Shown piece by piece: positions 12,400 through 23,197 of a DNA stretch of 64,000 nucleotides (positions are counted from its first letter, which is position 1; each line of letters opens with the position of its first letter). Where the stretch lies: assembly GCF_006345805.1 (NCBI RefSeq), contig NW_021836000.1, forward strand, positions 124,001 to 188,000, written 5' to 3'. The notes under the pieces were generated by a model. The model did no database searches and was not told the DNA's origin. It saw nothing but the letters and a program-made list of their open reading frames with translations. The position numbers and the translations under genes are program-made. The stretch comes from Octopus sinensis. Lineage: Eukaryota.

Positions 12400-13330
12400 A
12401 TAAATTTAATTTATACAAACAAGACAAAAATTACAGATAGCTAAGTTAGTTAAAGGCCTCACGAGACACCCGACCAGCCGCGCGAATGGCGAAGACGTTC
12501 CCTCGGATCACAGCAATCGACAGACGTTCCAGGAGCCAAGAAAACTCTCTTGGATCGTGACTAGTCCTTGAAATCCGTCGACCGAGCGAGCGAAGGAAGC
12601 GGAGTGTCTTGGGACCGAAGATCCCGGAGGACTCCAAGGCAATTGGAGTAAAGAGCAGCGAGTTGGACAGGTGGCCGTACTTGAGAATCTTTCGCTCCTC
12701 GGCCTGCCTGGAAGCGTGCCCAGGATTGGCGGCGGACAGCGCGAGATTTCCCAGCGAGAACGTGTCCGAGCAGGTAGAATCCCAAATAAGGGATTTCCCC
12801 TGCTCGTAGGGGAAGGTGGACATGCCGTCAGGGCGTTTGCCATCCCCTCTATCCAATCCAACAGGTTCAAGGATAGACGGGATGCCTGCTGAGGCGAGGG
12901 CTCTCTGTATGATCGAGTTGAGTTCACTGTGACGGGGAGCACGACCGGCACTCCGCCGGCAAGCGAGGGGATGCAAACCGTACTCGTCAACAGTTCCCCC
13001 ACAACGGCATTTGTGCGACTGGCAGATTTTCAGCCCGACACGGAGGGAGATTGCAATTCTTAGGCATTCCTTGTCCAACAGGTTCCCGATGGAAGGGAGA
13101 GGGAGAGCCTTTAACCAGACACCGCTGCTTTCACAGCGACCTGCACGGAGGCAAGCGACACGGTGTTGATTGGAGACAGGAAGCAGGCCTTCGAAGATTG
13201 CCTGACAAGAGATTTCGTCCCATTGGCGCTGTACAGATTGAGAGTTGGGCAGCTTCGAACCAAACCGAGCCTCCCACCGACCACGGGCTGCAGAGTAAAC
13301 TTCAGACAATTTCCGTTCGGGGAGGTTTCT
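12400..13330 (-). mobile_element. CRE-like retrotransposon 3' portion (open 287-aa ORF with CCHC + RLE)
   Basis: SGVWLKALP, HKCRCG...HPLAC, RHSELN, RPDG, WDSTCSDT, ERKILKY, PIALESSG, LSIAVIRGN. Confidence 0.9.
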
Positions 13331-14296
13331 ACCAATTGTTATCGCTTTTGAAAAAAATAATTAATTTTAAATATCATCATTAACAAAGCTTTTAAATAAA
13401 TACGATTTCTATTGTTTTTATTTATTTTGTTTTTGAATAAAAATTAATTATTCATAAAAATCTGATTTAAATCAAATAAATCCCGTTTAAATTAAACAAA
13501 TCTGAATCAAAATAATTAATTAAATTAAAACCCCTTTCATGTCTTTTAATTATGTTTTTTTACTTAAAAATTGTTTTTTTCTTTGTTACTCTTCAAATTT
13601 AATAGAGATGGCAGCAAATTCTTTAAAAATTGAATAAAAATTTTAAGGAAAACAATTAAGCAACCGACATACCAAATCATGCTTTTAATAATTATATAAA
13701 AATTTTATAAAAAAAACAAAATCAGTAAAAAATTAAGTTGAGAGTTTATTTGAAAAGAGCATTAGTCAAAGAGTTGTCATATATAGGCAATATCCGGGGT
13801 CAACATGGATAGTTACAAACTTGTGTCGGAGGAAGCTTCAAGCATATTCCTGTACTTTGCTTTTGTTGAGGAATGTAAAGAAACTATTTTTACCTAATTA
13901 TAATCACCATTTTTTAAGCGAGAAACTGATTTTTCTTTAATATTACTGAAAAGATCATCAATGCATGGTTTTACAGCAGTGTTTCTTAACGTGGTCCCCA
14001 GAAATATGTTTAGGTCAATTAATTCATTTTATTCTACTTTTTTTTGTTATTTGATTGTAATGGTTAATCGCAAATAGATTGATTCTTATGTCCAATATGG
14101 ATTTACAAAATATACTGGATCTGAAAACGTCGATATCTTGAAAATAAAATTGGAGATTATTTCCCAGTTAGTGAACCAATTCGTCAGGGAATATGGCCAG
14201 TGTCAAACTCACTGCGGGCACGTCCTCTAATCCCGTTCTTCTTCTATATGACAATATTTGCTGCATAAATGCGGTTTAAAAGTTAAAAATTTTATT

Positions 14297-15102
14297 GAGT
14301 AATAAAAATTTATAATAGCATTTTTTAAGCATCTATATTTTTTTAGAACAATCTTAGTCTCTTATGCCAAACTATCATAGTCGGTGCATAGAGATCCTCG
14401 TCCACTTGTATTCCTGATTCAGAAGAATCCTTCGGTTGACACTCAATCACTGCTTGCTCCTCTTCGGGAACCGATATTCCATGTTTTGTCTCCACCTGCA
14501 TACTCTCCAATGTTTTGTGTTTGGATATATGCCTCCACTCTGTCTTCCACTGCGATAGAATCCAGATGACTTTTAAAGAATCTTGAGACAATTCCATCCC
14601 AAGTAAGTGCAACAGGGATAATCTTCACTTTAGCCCGATGAATCGCCCCTAATTCATTTGTCAAAAGGTCATATTTGTGGAACTTTTTCACTTCAACTTG
14701 CTTTAGGCAATTTTGTGAGGTAATCCCAACTTCAATGAATGTAATTGTATTTCTCATCTTGTCTTCGACAAAAATATCTGGTTTATTGTTTGAGACAGCC
14801 GTATCCGTAGAAATAGTGGTGTCCACTCGAATTTCCACGTAGACATTTGACAACTTCATTGTGCCGTCTTAGATAAGAGCTGTTCAGCATTCTTCCACAT
14901 CTGGTAACGGTCTTCTTTGCTGAGTTGCAGTGATTGCATTAATTTTCTCCGTTATCAAAAAAACAAATTTCGATCCTGTAGTAGACAACACATTCCTTCA
15001 GTTCTTGCAGAGTTGTTTCCATGAACTAGCTATTCTGCAGATTCATTAACATTAACTTCAGTGTCCTTCAAACACTGGAAAAGAATAGAATGCAATGGCT
15101 TA
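14297..15102 (-). mobile_element. RLE-type (R2/NeSL-like) retrotransposon 3' fragment
   Basis: LQDRNLFF, CNHC, NKPDIFV...FIEVGITS...EVKKFHKYDLL, IIPVALTWDG (PD-(D/E)xK nuclease). Confidence 0.85.
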
Positions 15103-15182
15103 GTTATAAGTAAATAAAATTATATTTTATTAATAAATACATAATTTAAATTTACACGTTTATTTACATTTTTTTGTTGTCA

Positions 15183-15668
15183 ATGGTTATAAACTACGAA
15201 ACAAAATTAAAGATTGCTAAATTGATATTGAAGAACAAATTATCTGAAAGACAGATAATTCAAAAATACAAAATTAGTAAAGGCATGATTTCACGAATAA
15301 AAAAACAATTGTGCCTTTTCTTGAACAAGGAACTGTAAACGCGGATGAAGATTCAATTGAAAAGATTCGTGATTCCGTAAGAATCGAAGATAGCATTACA
15401 GAAGAATTAATCAACAATGCCGTAAACGAAACATTGAATGGGGAAAATGACGAATTTGTAGATAATATTTATAACGAAGGCTTAGAAAAAGATAACATGA
15501 AAACAATTCTAAGAGAAACGCAAGATTAGCTTGATCAGTTAGAGAAGAAAATTTTTCACATATTTCCTGAAATGCTCAAAGAATTTTACGATTTTTGACT
15601 TAATTTTATAAAAAAATGTAAGAAGTAAAAGGAAAACTGCGGATAAATTAACTGATTATTTTTCTAAA
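15183..15668 (+). pseudogene. Internally deleted Tigger transposase (HTH N-terminus + acidic C-terminus)
   Basis: MVINYETKLKIAKLILKNKLSERQIIQKYKISKGMISRIKKQ (HTH) fused to an acidic tail ending in LTDYF, upstream of the right TIR. Confidence 0.75.
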
Positions 15669-15755
15669 ATTGATTTTTGATGTTTAAAAATCTCTGTTTT
15701 TATTAAACCCTCACTTTTTGGGGCACTTGGTGCCCAAATTCAGGGTCGGACTGTA

Positions 15756-16200
15756 CTCACAAAAACAAATTCAAATATAACAACGAAGAAATATCACACT
15801 TCTCTTCAGAACTAAAGAATTTGAGAATTAGAATTAATAAATATACGAGTCAAGACCTAAAGATTGTTCGTAGAATGATTTCCTTCCTGATAGAAGATAT
15901 TCACCTGGCTGTCAAAATCGCAAATACCGCTTCCAATTTTTTTAAGACCACTCGTGAGTTCCACAAGGGGATTCGTTGTCGCCTATTCTATTTATTATTT
16001 ATCTTGAGGGTGCACTTAGGGATCATCCATCAATGAAAAATATTATGAGTTGATTTATGCGGATGATCAGGACTTTGTATCAGATGATTCTGAATTTCTC
16101 AAATACATAAACGAACATTTTCCTAACATTTTATAAAGATGGTTCTTGAATTTAAACACTGACAAAAATGGAATTTACATTATTCAGACGTGCAGAGGGA
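15756..16200 (+). mobile_element. RTE-like LINE fragment, right half
   Basis: VPQGDSLSPILFIIYLEGAL and IYADDQDF RT motifs, with frameshifts. Confidence 0.75.
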
Positions 16201-16249
16201 ATATCCGACGAGACGTTGAGAATTTAATCTTTTTCACATTTTAACCATT

Positions 16250-17480
16250 TAATACTGTGGTATTACATTCGTTACGACAGAGAAGATTATAGAGGTCATG
16301 GACCCAATGAAACACGTGTCTAGAACGTAATTAATCCACTGGATCGTAGAGATCGGTCGGCACTGGCTTGAGTCATTTGCCAAGATCGCGAAAGGCGGAA
16401 GAGTAACTTCGAATCTCTTTCTTTGGCTTTTGACTATAGCGTCTTTCATCGCATTTGGTTCTTCATGAAAAGGACGTTCTGTTTGTATATTATTGATATC
16501 TGACATCCCGATTCGTTCTTTCAACATCAATCAAATGGGTTTATCTCTAATCTGAAGCCTTATTATAAATTAACGTCTTTAGTTACTAATAACTAACTAA
16601 TCTGTATAATTCTCCTCCTTTTTGGACCGTTGCACTGGATCTGCGTATTCTCCTCCTCTAACACTTCATATGACACATGAGACACATCTTCCGGCAAATC
16701 TGATGGATCTGTTGTTTCTCTAGCCAATTTTAGGAGGTGGTTGGTGGCTCTCGAAATTTGTTCCTCATGCTTTTCAATTTCCACTCCATTTTTATGTTCA
16801 ACAAGCATGGTTTTCAATGTCTTTTTAATCGTCAGCGATTGTATATACGATCTAGTGGAAGCATCCAACTTCAGTCTTTCCATATAAGACTTATAGAATT
16901 TAAAAACTATCCCGTCCCATGTGAGGACAATGGGGATTATCGTTACCTTCGCACCGTGGATTTGAGATAATTCTCCAGCAAGAAATGATAATACTAAATT
17001 TATTTGAAAAGTTTAGATAAAATTGATTCTTAATTATAGCGTTTGCTTTCAGTCGATTCTGCTCCTCTTCAAGCTAATGTTTTCGACTGGTACACTTATC
17101 TATTTTACAGGGCAGACCACTTTTGTGGTTGTTCTCGAGTCCGATTTAATCGCATGATTCGCCGTTGTAGGCAGGAGTTTGTACTCCGGGCGCATGCTTT
17201 CCAGTGTTTTCTTGATTACGATTGTCTGGACATATGCCCGCGTTGAATAATGGTCTTGTAGCGAATTCTGGTAATGCTTATAGAATTTGGATGTTATTCT
17301 ATCCCACGTGAGAACTTTTTCATTATGATTGAACCTCAATTCGCTTGCCTAAAGGTCGTATTTATGTAATTTCTCAACTTCCACATGCTTCAATGATTGT
17401 TGAGAAATAATCCCAACTTTGATCAGTGTAATGATGTTCCGAACTTTGTCGTATTCAAAAACTTTCGATTTATTATAATT
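16250..17480 (-). mobile_element. Two tandem RLE-type retrotransposon 3' fragments
   Basis: IIPIVLTWDG...YIQSLTIKKTL (16593-16985) and VGIISQ...EKLHKYDL...LTWDRITS...YVQTIVIKKTLES (17100-17480). Confidence 0.75.
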
Positions 17481-17889
17481 GACTACAAAATTGAGTAAAG
17501 CGGTTTTTTCGTATCTCTTCAATTAAGTGCTTTCCTTGCAAATGTCCGGAAGGTAGGCCAGAATGAATTCTCACGTACCGAGATCCATTAGGAAACCTGT
17601 ATACCCCTTTCTTAATAGAGTAATTCAGAGATTTTCAATCTTCTCAGGTTTTGTTGACGCGTCTACATAATTAGGATCGTCCGCGTAGCAAGAGCCAATA
17701 TTATACAATGACTTTCATATTTTATGTACGTCATTAGTCAAAATGGAATAAGCTTATCAAATCCTGAAAAATCAAAATTCAAGTGATGATCGTACATATG
17801 TACATCATCACGGAATCGCATTAAGCCACCACGAAACGTTTCGTAACCCCAAGCAATAAGTGAGTTGCTTCTGTGCTTCAGGGATGCTG

Positions 17890-18590
17890 CTTACCAGCTT
17901 GCGGAAGTGGAATGCTGCCGTGACACGCCGGTGAAAGCTATGAGACAAATAGAAAATTTATCTGATGAGGAGATAGAGAGTGAGGAGGAACTGGTTTCGA
18001 ACTCTTCTTGTTTTTGCGCATTTGTAATACTAAATACTCTTTCACAATTTGAATTTGATACTGGAATTGACTTTAGCACTGTGTAGCCGTTAAGACTGTA
18101 CACAGCTAAAACGTCACCATCGAATAGTTTGATACTGTCACTTTCATTCAATTGTTCTCCGGACAGTGTGGGATGTTCTTTCTGTCCTTTTTATGGACGT
18201 TAGTATTAACTGTTGGGGAGGTTGTTATTGGCTGCGAAAAGATTCTGTTGATGTTTTCTCCGGAAAGGAAATGGATTCATTCTAGTGCGGATAGGGATTT
18301 CAAGCGCAAATGGGACAAGGCTGATTAGACGAGACTATTTTTCCCAGCTCTCTAAAATAAGCGCATTTTTGATAAACGATGAATGGGGAAACGTTTAGTT
18401 TGGCGGACTTGGTAATCCGTACGGATATTTTTAAAAAACCTCGGAAATCGGATAGTTCAATGAGAAATGAGTTGACATCCAGATTTCCGAAATTTTTTTG
18501 TAGGTCCAATTGGGCAAATACAATTTTATTATTTGTCCTTTCATAGTTTCTGAAATAACCGGCATCGAACAACAACAGCAACGACAATAA
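17890..18590 (-). mobile_element. hAT transposase C-terminal remnant
   Basis: Dimerisation motif LKSIPVSNSNCERVFSITN; upstream LDVNSFLIELSDF. Confidence 0.55.
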
Positions 18591-18639
18591 TTTTAAATTT
18601 TTTAGAAATACAAATCCATTTATTAAATAATAATTAATA

Positions 18640-18813
18640 AAACCTGTTTTTTGCGCGTTGTAAATTTAAATTAAAAATATCTTTTAGAAAAAATTAAAAA
18701 AATAATTAAAAAAAGCATAAGACTTTACTTTACGAGAATTATAAATTTTAAAAAATTCACATATCACACAATATAAAAAATTTAGAAAACCAGTTTTTTT
18801 TGCGCCCACTGTA
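18640..18813. mobile_element. Solo Tc1-like terminus with inner and outer direct repeats
   Basis: Ends CCAGTTTTTTTTGCGCCCACTG-TA; inner copy CCTGTTTTTTGCGCG at about 18643. Confidence 0.5.
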
Positions 18814-18829
18814 TTTGGTATTGTTGTCT

Positions 18830-19330
18830 TTGACAAATGTGGCATCGGATAAAAAATCGATGATATACAAAACAGTTATTTTTCTTAAAATTTGAAAGAG
18901 GACGCATTAAAGATTTCCAACTTGCTTTGACCCTTATTTAAAGTCTTGCTCCCAATCCTAAATGGGGAGATGTCAATATACATAGCTAGCAGTTGTCACA
19001 TTTGTAACGGATTTATTTTGGTCGTAAAGTTAATGCAGGACATCCAGTCTTCTCTGGTGTAACCCTACTATAAGAATATTTGAGAACTTTGAGACTGCCC
19101 TATCCCATTTTAAGATTACCGGAATAATCTTTACTTTTCATTTGCAAGAAAATCATATTCGTGATATTTCTTTATTTCAATTTTCTTTGGAGTTTTTTAA
19201 ATAATGTTAAGATAAATAAATTTGTACTTTCTTTTGTCTTGTAGACAAAAATGTCGGGTTTATTGAATAAGGCAGCTTTGATTTTGGCATTTTGGGTCGA
19301 AATAGACAACCTAAATGTGCTTTCTATTCA
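18830..19330 (-). mobile_element. Degenerate RLE-type retrotransposon fragment
   Basis: NKPDIFV, KKYHEYDFLANE, IIPVILKWD. Confidence 0.65.
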
Positions 19331-21050
19331 TTTTTCGGTCCTACATACATTTAAATATAACCGAATGTAGTAAATTTTTTCTAACTGTTCAAAATTAAGA
19401 TTTATTTGAATAAGAAAGAAAGAAATAAAATTAAGTTTAGTTAATGATTGTTTCTGTTTCTGATTCGATCTATAATATAATCAGCTCGCTCCATCAAAAT
19501 TCGTATAAACCGTTCAATTATGTTGATTACATTTATATCATCCAGTATCAGCTCCTCTTCGTCTAACCATTGGTCTAACTCTTCAAGTGTAGATATGATG
19601 TGGATAATTTCATTTATTTCATTCTCAAAATCGTCATTGTTCTCAGTATTTTCCGGGGTTGGAATTCTTTGCACCATTTCTGTTTTTCTCAATTTTTTGC
19701 TATTTATAATAAAATTCAACACGTGAGAAGATTTTGTTTTAATTCAACATTTTTATTAATAGTATCACTTTTTTGAAAAATATCAAAATTTTATGACTGA
19801 ACTATTTTTTAATTTCCTAAGTTTTATTAAACAAAATATATTTTAATTGTTCAAATCTTTTATTTTACACATTAGATATATTTTTTGAATTGTAATTTGT
19901 CATTAATTTTTATACATATTATGAGTAATTTATATTTAACATTATTGTGACTCATTTCTTTTGCTAGTTTATTAATTTAAACATTATACATTAATTTTGA
20001 AATAAATTATCATTTATTGAACTGAGTTGCAGGTTTTTGCTATCAGTTCATTTCATGTTAGGTAGTAAAGGCGTTTTACGATAAATTATGAAAGACATCA
20101 GATCAGACACAAGATTTACTTGCAATGCACAATATTAGATAAAAAAGAAATTCAGGAAAAATTAAAACAAGCTTTGTTTAATCTTGGTTTTGGGAGCATT
20201 TTGAAATTTTTACGCCCAAAGATCAGATCAGACTTAGGCCTCGATAATAGAGCTAAAGTTGGCTCACATCCCGCCGTATAGCAAAATAAATGAAAAAATT
20301 TGTTTCTTAAAAGGAAAAAGAATGACTTTTTGGTTCAAAATATTTGTTTTTACTGCCACTAATACACTTTACTGAAAAAATAAGAAGTCAATTCATTCCA
20401 GATAATTAGTCTGCTTCACATTGAAGCATCAGGGCCATTATTTGTTTAGAACATAATTTATTAATGTATAGTTCTGTCCCGATGTACCCAAATATTCATT
20501 TAAAACATAATTTGATTTTATCTGAAGGGGCACAACCATCCTGATACACTCCCCATTTGAAATCATACTAAAAACACGCTCAACAACTATTTCTTCCTCC
20601 TTTTATTTTCCAGTAAAAAATTCACCGAAAACAATCTCCTTTTACTTCACAAGACACAGCAGAGTCGCAGGAACTTAGCTAAGCCACTTGTGCAATCACA
20701 TCGACTTTTCGACACGTTCATGGACAATTTGGAATCTACCTGGTCAATAAAGACCCCGTGACTTGAGTGACGGAGACCAAGGTGTCTCTCCCTTTCCATT
20801 TTTGTGACGTCGGTGCGAAAAAGGAACTGGGAGAAGTCGTAGATACTCAGGAGGTAACACATTTTGAGAGAGGCATTGTCAGTAAAAGGAAAGCAGGCCA
20901 AACAAATACTGTTGTTAAAATAAAACGTACAAAGTTTTATTTTGTAATTTAAAAATAGATTTATTAAATAATTAGGTAAATTTCATTTTGAATATTTTTT
21001 TGTAAAATCACTATTGGTTTCACGTTTGGTTTTACGTGATTTAAGTTGAA

Positions 21051-22215
21051 ATGGATTCAGAATATGAAATTATGATAAAATATTTTATCAATGGCACAAA
21101 ATATGGAAGGAGGAATAGAAAAGGTTTTATTAAAGTAAATATCCTCAAATAAAAAGTTCTTGGATGTCTTATTCAGCTTTCTACGCCGAAAAACGGACTT
21201 CTTTACTCCAGAAGCTAAAGACAAAGCATATTCTGTGACAACCCATAGCTTATATTGCTTATTAGATGGTTAAAAGTCGAATGGACTATCAATTTTCCCT
21301 TGTCAAAGAACAGCCAAAGAAGCCCGAAAAGCCACAACCACGCAAAGTCGTTAATGAGCCTCCACCTGAAGAAGAAAAGGTGACCGAACTAACTGACCAA
21401 GAATTTGAGAGACTACAACAACAGAGTATATTATTTATTAATTTAATAAATTAATTAAATTATAACTCAATATGAAAATAATTATTTTTAGATATGGAAG
21501 ATTTAACACCAGCTAATGGAAATAATTCTGATAAACTGACAGAAATTCCTGATGAAGAAGACGCTGAAGAAGACAGGGGAAAATTGGCGCCAAATTCAGG
21601 AAATGGCGCGAATTTGGAAAATTATTCATGGACCCAAACGTTACAAGATATTGAAGTATTTTGTCTTTAAATGTCACTTTCAGCTCAAAGTCCCCATAAG
21701 ACTTCCCTCTGGTGCAAGATTGAGAGGAAAAGACGTGAATGTCAAAATTTCCAGAAAAAATCTCACAGTCGGACTAAAAAATGCGACACCGATAATCGAC
21801 GGAGACCTCTACGCAGAACTAAGGACAGATAACTGCACGTGGGTGGTTGATGGAAGCACAGTGACGGTGTTTTTGGAAAAGGTTAACGACTTTTTTGACA
21901 TTTAGGTGAACCAAATGGAGTGGTGGAGTCGTCTGGTTACGACGGATGTTGAAATCAACACCAAAAAAGTCAATCCTGAGAATTCTAAGGTTTTTTTTTT
22001 AGGATTTTTGTGTTTTAGCTGAGTGATCTTGATTCGGAGACTAGAAATGTGGTGGAGAAGATGATGTATGATCAACGACAGAAGGAATTGGGACTTCCTT
22101 CTTCGGACGATCAGAAGAAACAGGATGTAATGAAGAAGTTTGGAGGAATTGGTTTATTTTTAGGTTTATGGCACAACATCCCGAAATGGATTTCTCTAAC
22201 TGTAAATTTTCGTAG
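21051..22215 (+). CDS. NUDC: Nuclear migration protein NudC (multi-exon)
   Basis: [52 protein letters not shown] domain, [67 protein letters not shown]. Exon 1 lacks about 2 nt (possible assembly error). Confidence 0.93.
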
Positions 22216-22339
22216 TTTACGTAAAATTTGATTTTTGGGGCTATGTTGGGTTTATTTTTAAGAATAAGTATTTGAAATTTGTTAATATAAATAAGTTATA
22301 TCGATTTTAATTCAGCAAAATGGGCACGAGTCCTAATAT

Positions 22340-23197
22340 ATTATTAAAGTAGGTACTTTTTTAAACAAACTAAAGTCAAATAAAGAACAATCGAAATCAT
22401 TGCGTTTGTAGTTTTCATACATATTTGAACATTTTATCTACAATTTATTAGAGTTAGTAAATACCTGATCTTCTAATAGTCTCATTTTATTCTCTGCATT
22501 CTCCAATCTGTTTAGCAAATCATTTTGATTGTCTTTGATTTCGGGATTTTTCATTTCCTCGATCTAATGAATATTATAAAAGACATTTTTACTCTCATTT
22601 CTAAATCGACTTTTAATTTTTGATTTTCTTTTAAAAGTCGTTTGATGTCTTTTTGATCTTCAATGTCATCAAAGTCTTAAAATTTAATATGATTATTTTA
22701 AACATTTATTAGATTTATTTTCAAGTTCTTTTTTGATACTATTTTTGATTTCTTTATTGATTTTATTTATGTCGATTGAAGTTTGTTTAACTTGCTGTGG
22801 ACGGTCAAGTTTAAATAATATTTTATCAAGCATTTTTTGTTGTTTTTCATAATTATTTATCAATTTTTGTAATTTTTGCTTCTCAAAAGATTTCTAAAAA
22901 ATGATTAAAAAGATACTTTGATTAGTTCATATTGTAATTTGGAAGCCTTATTTTTACATTCCGCCATTTTCAGTTTTTTTAGATTTTGAATTTTTGCTTA
23001 ATTTTTGTACATAAAATACCAAATTTTAAAATTTCTGGATCTTCTTTGACTACGTTTTGAATATCAGTTCTCCATTTCTGTTTAATATTCATGCTTTCGT
23101 CCTCAAGTGTGTTTATTTTCTTTTGAATTTGCTCAATTTCTGTAATTTTTCTGGTCAGATCTGAAACAAACATGTTTCTCGAGCAAAGATCGCTCAT
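22340..23197 (-). CDS. Uncharacterised coiled-coil protein (multi-exon, convergent with NudC)
   Basis: ATG-initiated heptad-rich exon (LTRKITEIEQIQKKINTLEDE) followed by GT-AG micro-introns and further K/E-rich exons; 3' end approximate. Confidence 0.5.

Larger units (their letters stand above)
5363..15753 (+). mobile_element. pogo/Tigger-bounded composite element (about 10.4 kb) with cargo
   Basis: TIRs CAGTCCGACCCCGAATTGGGGCA (5363) and TGCCCAAATTCAGGGTCGGACTG (to 15753), both flanked by TA; the two outer flanks rejoin into one LINE ORF. Confidence 0.8.

Noticed and set aside
21051-21090. NudC pseudogenisation by an exon 1 frameshift
   Set aside because: The missing bases fall in homopolymer runs and the rest of the gene is intact; more likely assembly error.
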